A stretch of 64,000 nt of DNA from Pelagibacteraceae bacterium AG-430-F16 (GTDB lineage: Bacteria > Pseudomonadota > Alphaproteobacteria > Pelagibacterales > Pelagibacteraceae), in assembly GCA_003213015.1 (NCBI GenBank), contig QCOG01000004.1, positions 13,486 through 77,485 of the forward strand, read 5' to 3'. Of this stretch, positions 62,940 through 64,000 are shown in pieces (the first letter of the stretch is position 1; each line of letters begins with the position of its first letter). The notes under the pieces are model-generated. The model was not told the DNA's origin. It was given only the letters and a program-made list of their open reading frames with translations, and did not search any database. The translations under genes and the position numbers were made by a program.

Positions 62940-63516
62940 AAAATTTTTTTACGTATTTTGAAAGAATATCTATTTCAATATTAACAATATCATTAACCTT
63001 TAAACTTGATAAATTAGTAAGTTTTAAAGTATGCGGAATGCACCAGATTTGAAAGTTATTACCTTTTATTTTTGATATTGTAAGCGAAACACCGTTTATA
63101 AGTATTGAAGCTTTAGGTATTAAATATTTTGAAAATTTATTTTCAATTTTAAATTCAAATACAATTGATTTACCTACTTTTTTAATTTTTTTTAGTAAAG
63201 AAGTACAATCAACATGGCCTTGGCATATATGACCTGAAATATCTTGACCATATTTTAAAGGCAGTTCAAGATTTATCTTTTGACCAATTTTTAGATGCTT
63301 AAATTTTGATTTGTTAATACTTTCTTTGGATAGATAAAATTCTAATAAGTCTTTTCTTTTTGAAACCAATGTAAGACAAACTCCATCACATGCAATGGAT
63401 GAACCAATATCTTTTTTGTCTAATTTAAGCTTGCTCTTTATAAATATTTTTGTCCCTAAGTTTAATTTCGAAAATTTTGATACAGTTCCCTGTTGATATA
63501 TAATTCCGTTAAACAT
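62920..63516 (-). CDS. ribE: Riboflavin synthase alpha chain
   Basis: MFNGII, SIACDGVCLT, GHICQGHVD, SI.INGVSLT, NIEID. Confidence 0.94.
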   Translation of the reverse strand: MFNGIIYQQGTVSKFSKLNLGTKIFIKSKLKLDKKDIGSSIACDGVCLTLVSKRKDLLEFYLSKESINKSKFKHLKIGQKINLELPLKYGQDISGHICQGHVDCTSLLKKIKKVGKSIVFEFKIENKFSKYLIPKASILINGVSLTISKIKGNNFQIWCIPHTLKLTNLSSLKVNDIVNIEIDILSKYVKKFYENKKV

Positions 63517-63519
63517 TTT

Positions 63520-64000
63520 TTAAATAAATCTTGTAATTCTGTTTTTATCAAAATACTGATTGATATTACTCTTAATTCTAAATTTTTTTGATAATTTATA
63601 AACTATTTTTTTAATGTTTAATTTACCAGATTGTCTCAATTTATTATCTGTTTTTATTAAATAAAATTCATTAAATAAATTTTTATCCAACATTTTGTTT
63701 GTAAACCGATTTCCACCCTCAACTAATAAAAAACAAATATTATTTTGGTATAAAATTGACATAACTTTTTTTAAGTCAAATTCACCATTTTTTTGGAGTT
63801 TAACATTGATTAGTTTTACTTTTTTACTCTTCAGGAACTTTATCTTTTTTTTATCACCTGAATTATAAAAAATAATTATTTTAGTATTCTTTGATTTGAA
63901 AATATTTGCGTTTTTTTTTACTTTTAAATTTTTATCTATAATAACTTTTAATGGTGAATACTCATTTAAACCAGATAATCTACAATCCAATAATGGATTG
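63520..64000 (-). CDS. ribD: RibD reductase domain (5' part outside the window)
   Basis: NPLLDCRL.GL...P.KVIID, LLVEGG; the frame stays open to the window edge. Confidence 0.88.
   Translation of the reverse strand, partial: NPLLDCRLSGLNEYSPLKVIIDKNLKVKKNANIFKSKNTKIIIFYNSGDKKKIKFLKSKKVKLINVKLQKNGEFDLKKVMSILYQNNICFLLVEGGNRFTNKMLDKNLFNEFYLIKTDNKLRQSGKLNIKKIVYKLSKKFRIKSNINQYFDKNRITRFI

Overview
Very AT-rich, extremely compact alphaproteobacterial chromosome segment. Gene content, synteny and near-zero intergenic space point to Pelagibacterales (SAR11); this is an inference, no database was consulted. It holds about 75 mostly housekeeping CDS (erpA-dgt-argS-nagZ-scpAB-tatABC-serS-yajC-secDF; uvrA/ssb-gyrA-coaD-ppi-tgt; recG; mltB-rlpA-dac-tmk-holB-metG-tatD; glpX-recJ; rplM-rpsI-argC-hom; plsX-ihfA; hppA; ribD-ribE-ribB-ribH-nusB-thiL), four tRNAs (Lys-TTT, Ser-TGA, Pro-TGG, Glu-TTC) and a small glycosyltransferase/galactofuranose cluster. 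Gene orientation switches from mostly + (41 vs 9 by my count) to mostly - (23 vs 5) at about 44-46 kb, as expected at a replication terminus. At that switch sit (i) a Cre-like tyrosine recombinase with a near-perfect 14-7-14 bp palindrome immediately upstream, a candidate single-recombinase chromosome-dimer-resolution (dif-like) system, and (ii) a GC-rich, multi-helix, kissing-loop RNA with its own promoter and an overlapping terminator in front of a minimal O6-methylguanine methyltransferase. A 12.7 kb block around this point appears inverted relative to the usual hom-glpX-recJ order. Three +1 homopolymer frameshifts (coaD, ppi, recG) are probably sequencing errors. No CRISPR array, rRNA, IS element or prophage structural genes were seen.
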